This document shows positions 62,803 to 64,000 of a DNA stretch of 64,000 bases, piece by piece. The notes below the pieces were generated by a model that saw nothing but the letters and a program-made list of their open reading frames with translations, had not been told where the DNA came from and made no database searches. This DNA comes from Escherichia phage E26. The translations under genes were made by a program, and so were the position numbers. Numbering within the stretch: the first letter of the stretch is position 1; each line of letters begins with the position of its first letter. The DNA is taken from the sequence record MN655998.1. One strand, 5' to 3'.

Positions 62803-63795
62803 TTAGTAATGGCTAAAACCTTCGGTCACATCTTCAACCACATAGTAACGATGACAGCGCATTTTGGCATTCGCATAATCTTTCGGGATACTTACAACGT
62901 GACGCGGATCAACTTTACATTTAATGATTCGGCCTCGTCCACCGCCATAGTGCGGAATATAGTGTTTCGCTGCAACGTGGAGGCCATTAGAGCAAGTGCG
63001 ATCATCATCTGGGTCCACGTCTTTACGCTTCATTTTAACCGTGCGACCTGGGCTATTATCAAACGTATGCGTAAAGAAATCTTTATAATCAACATCAACA
63101 CGTTTCCATGCATAGAAACAACCATCTTCCACGATCTCAATGTCGTTGTGCTCTAAGAAGTCAAACAGACGATCTACGGCCTTACGGCTAGGGTTTTTCT
63201 TGCACTTCTCAAAGAAGTTCAGATAGTGCGTATATGGCTTATTCTCTTTAATCGACTCCACAACTCGACGAGTCAGATTATTATCAAGAACAATATTATG
63301 ATAATACACAATACCATTTTCGATCCGGAAAGCGCCGTGATAATATACTTCAACCGCTTTCTTAATGTCAATCAGCGTAATAGCTTTGATGAAATCATTA
63401 TGTTTAATCGCTTCCAGTGCTTCATTAAAGTTAACATGCGACGGATCAGCAGTATAAACAATGTCACCACATGTAATAGTAATAAACTTAGTTGAGGCTA
63501 TTGCTACGATTTTTGAGGAAGTAGTCACGGGCTTTTTTGCGCGTTCACCGCCTTTTCCTTTACTGGTTTTACGGCGTGCTTTACGTTTTTCTAGTGCCTT
63601 GCGACCTTCCGCTACCGCGTCTTTCTGAATCAGTAATACACGGGAGGCAGTACGACGAGATACCCCAAATGCTGCCGCAAGTGCTTCGCGGGTAGTAAAC
63701 TTACCTTCGCCCCACTGTTTAGCCAGTTTGATTTGTTTTGCAGAGTCCAAGCATTGAACGTTACGGTCAGAGACGGTGATTTTTGCTTTAGTCAT
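62803..63795 (-). CDS. rIIB: rIIB-like protein (size and map position only)
   Basis: ~330 aa at the genome-end position after gene 52 in T4 order; N-terminal HTH-like REALAAAFGVSRRTASRVL. Confidence 0.3.
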   Translation of the reverse strand: MTKAKITVSDRNVQCLDSAKQIKLAKQWGEGKFTTREALAAAFGVSRRTASRVLLIQKDAVAEGRKALEKRKARRKTSKGKGGERAKKPVTTSSKIVAIASTKFITITCGDIVYTADPSHVNFNEALEAIKHNDFIKAITLIDIKKAVEVYYHGAFRIENGIVYYHNIVLDNNLTRRVVESIKENKPYTHYLNFFEKCKKNPSRKAVDRLFDFLEHNDIEIVEDGCFYAWKRVDVDYKDFFTHTFDNSPGRTVKMKRKDVDPDDDRTCSNGLHVAAKHYIPHYGGGRGRIIKCKVDPRHVVSIPKDYANAKMRCHRYYVVEDVTEGFSHY

Positions 63796-63857
63796 AGTAT
63801 TCATTCCTCTATTAGTTGGGCGACTATCGCCGCCCGATTCACATCATTATACCAGAA

Positions 63858-64000
63858 TTATTTTGCTTCTACAACCTTGCGGATTGTGCGGTCTGATACA
63901 TTATAGATTCGTGCCAGTTCGCCTTTAGTCAAGCCGCGAGCGTATTGTTTACGGATGGTTTCTTTCTGGATAGCGGTCAGTTTAGTCATAATATCACCTC
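63858..64000 (-). CDS. 3' end of upstream gene (frame open to window edge) or 43-aa HTH ORF
   Basis: Frame open to window end; internal ATG with RBS GAGGTGA gives MTKLTAIQKETIRKQYARGLTKGELARIYNVSDRTIRKVVEAK. Confidence 0.3.
   Translation of the reverse strand, partial: GDIMTKLTAIQKETIRKQYARGLTKGELARIYNVSDRTIRKVVEAK

Overview
This window reads as a T4-type (Tevenvirinae-like) myovirus segment, in T4 gene order: hoc(partial)-inh-uvsW-uvsY-baseplate hub/wedge genes 25,26,51,27,28,29,48,54 - alt - a long hyperplastic early region - DNA ligase(30)-gp31-cd-pseT-rnlA-denA-nrdB-nrdA-td-frd-32-59-33/dsbA-rnh - long tail fibre genes 34,35,36,37 - holin t - a second hyperplastic region - topoisomerase gp52 - rIIB-like. 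All calls rest on reading the translations and recalled family motifs; no database search was run. The most interesting material is accessory: (1) about 25 small early genes, each preceded by a near-consensus sigma70 promoter whose -35/-10 hexamers flank or contain a GC-rich stem-loop (PeSL-type cassettes as described for RB49-like phages); (2) inside that array, a six-member paralogous family of ~100-aa proteins sharing YxYxD ... HxHW ... LAVDV motifs, with no function I can assign; (3) a four-gene early operon encoding a DUF262 (ParB/GmrSD-N-like) protein, a Cys-rich zinc-finger protein and a compact C5-cytosine-methyltransferase-like protein; (4) a CYTH/triphosphate-tunnel-like enzyme inserted between dsbA and rnh; (5) a second, short Alt-like ADP-ribosyltransferase with its own early promoter, co-transcribed with a lipoprotein; (6) a secreted DUF1311/LprI-like protein and a DUF2829-like small protein near the holin. 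No motA/asiA, gene 38, denB or ndd homologues were recognised, which fits an RB49-like phage with unmodified cytosine (inference). Hand-derived coordinates for sub-60-aa ORFs, adjusted starts and promoter/terminator elements may be off by a few nt.
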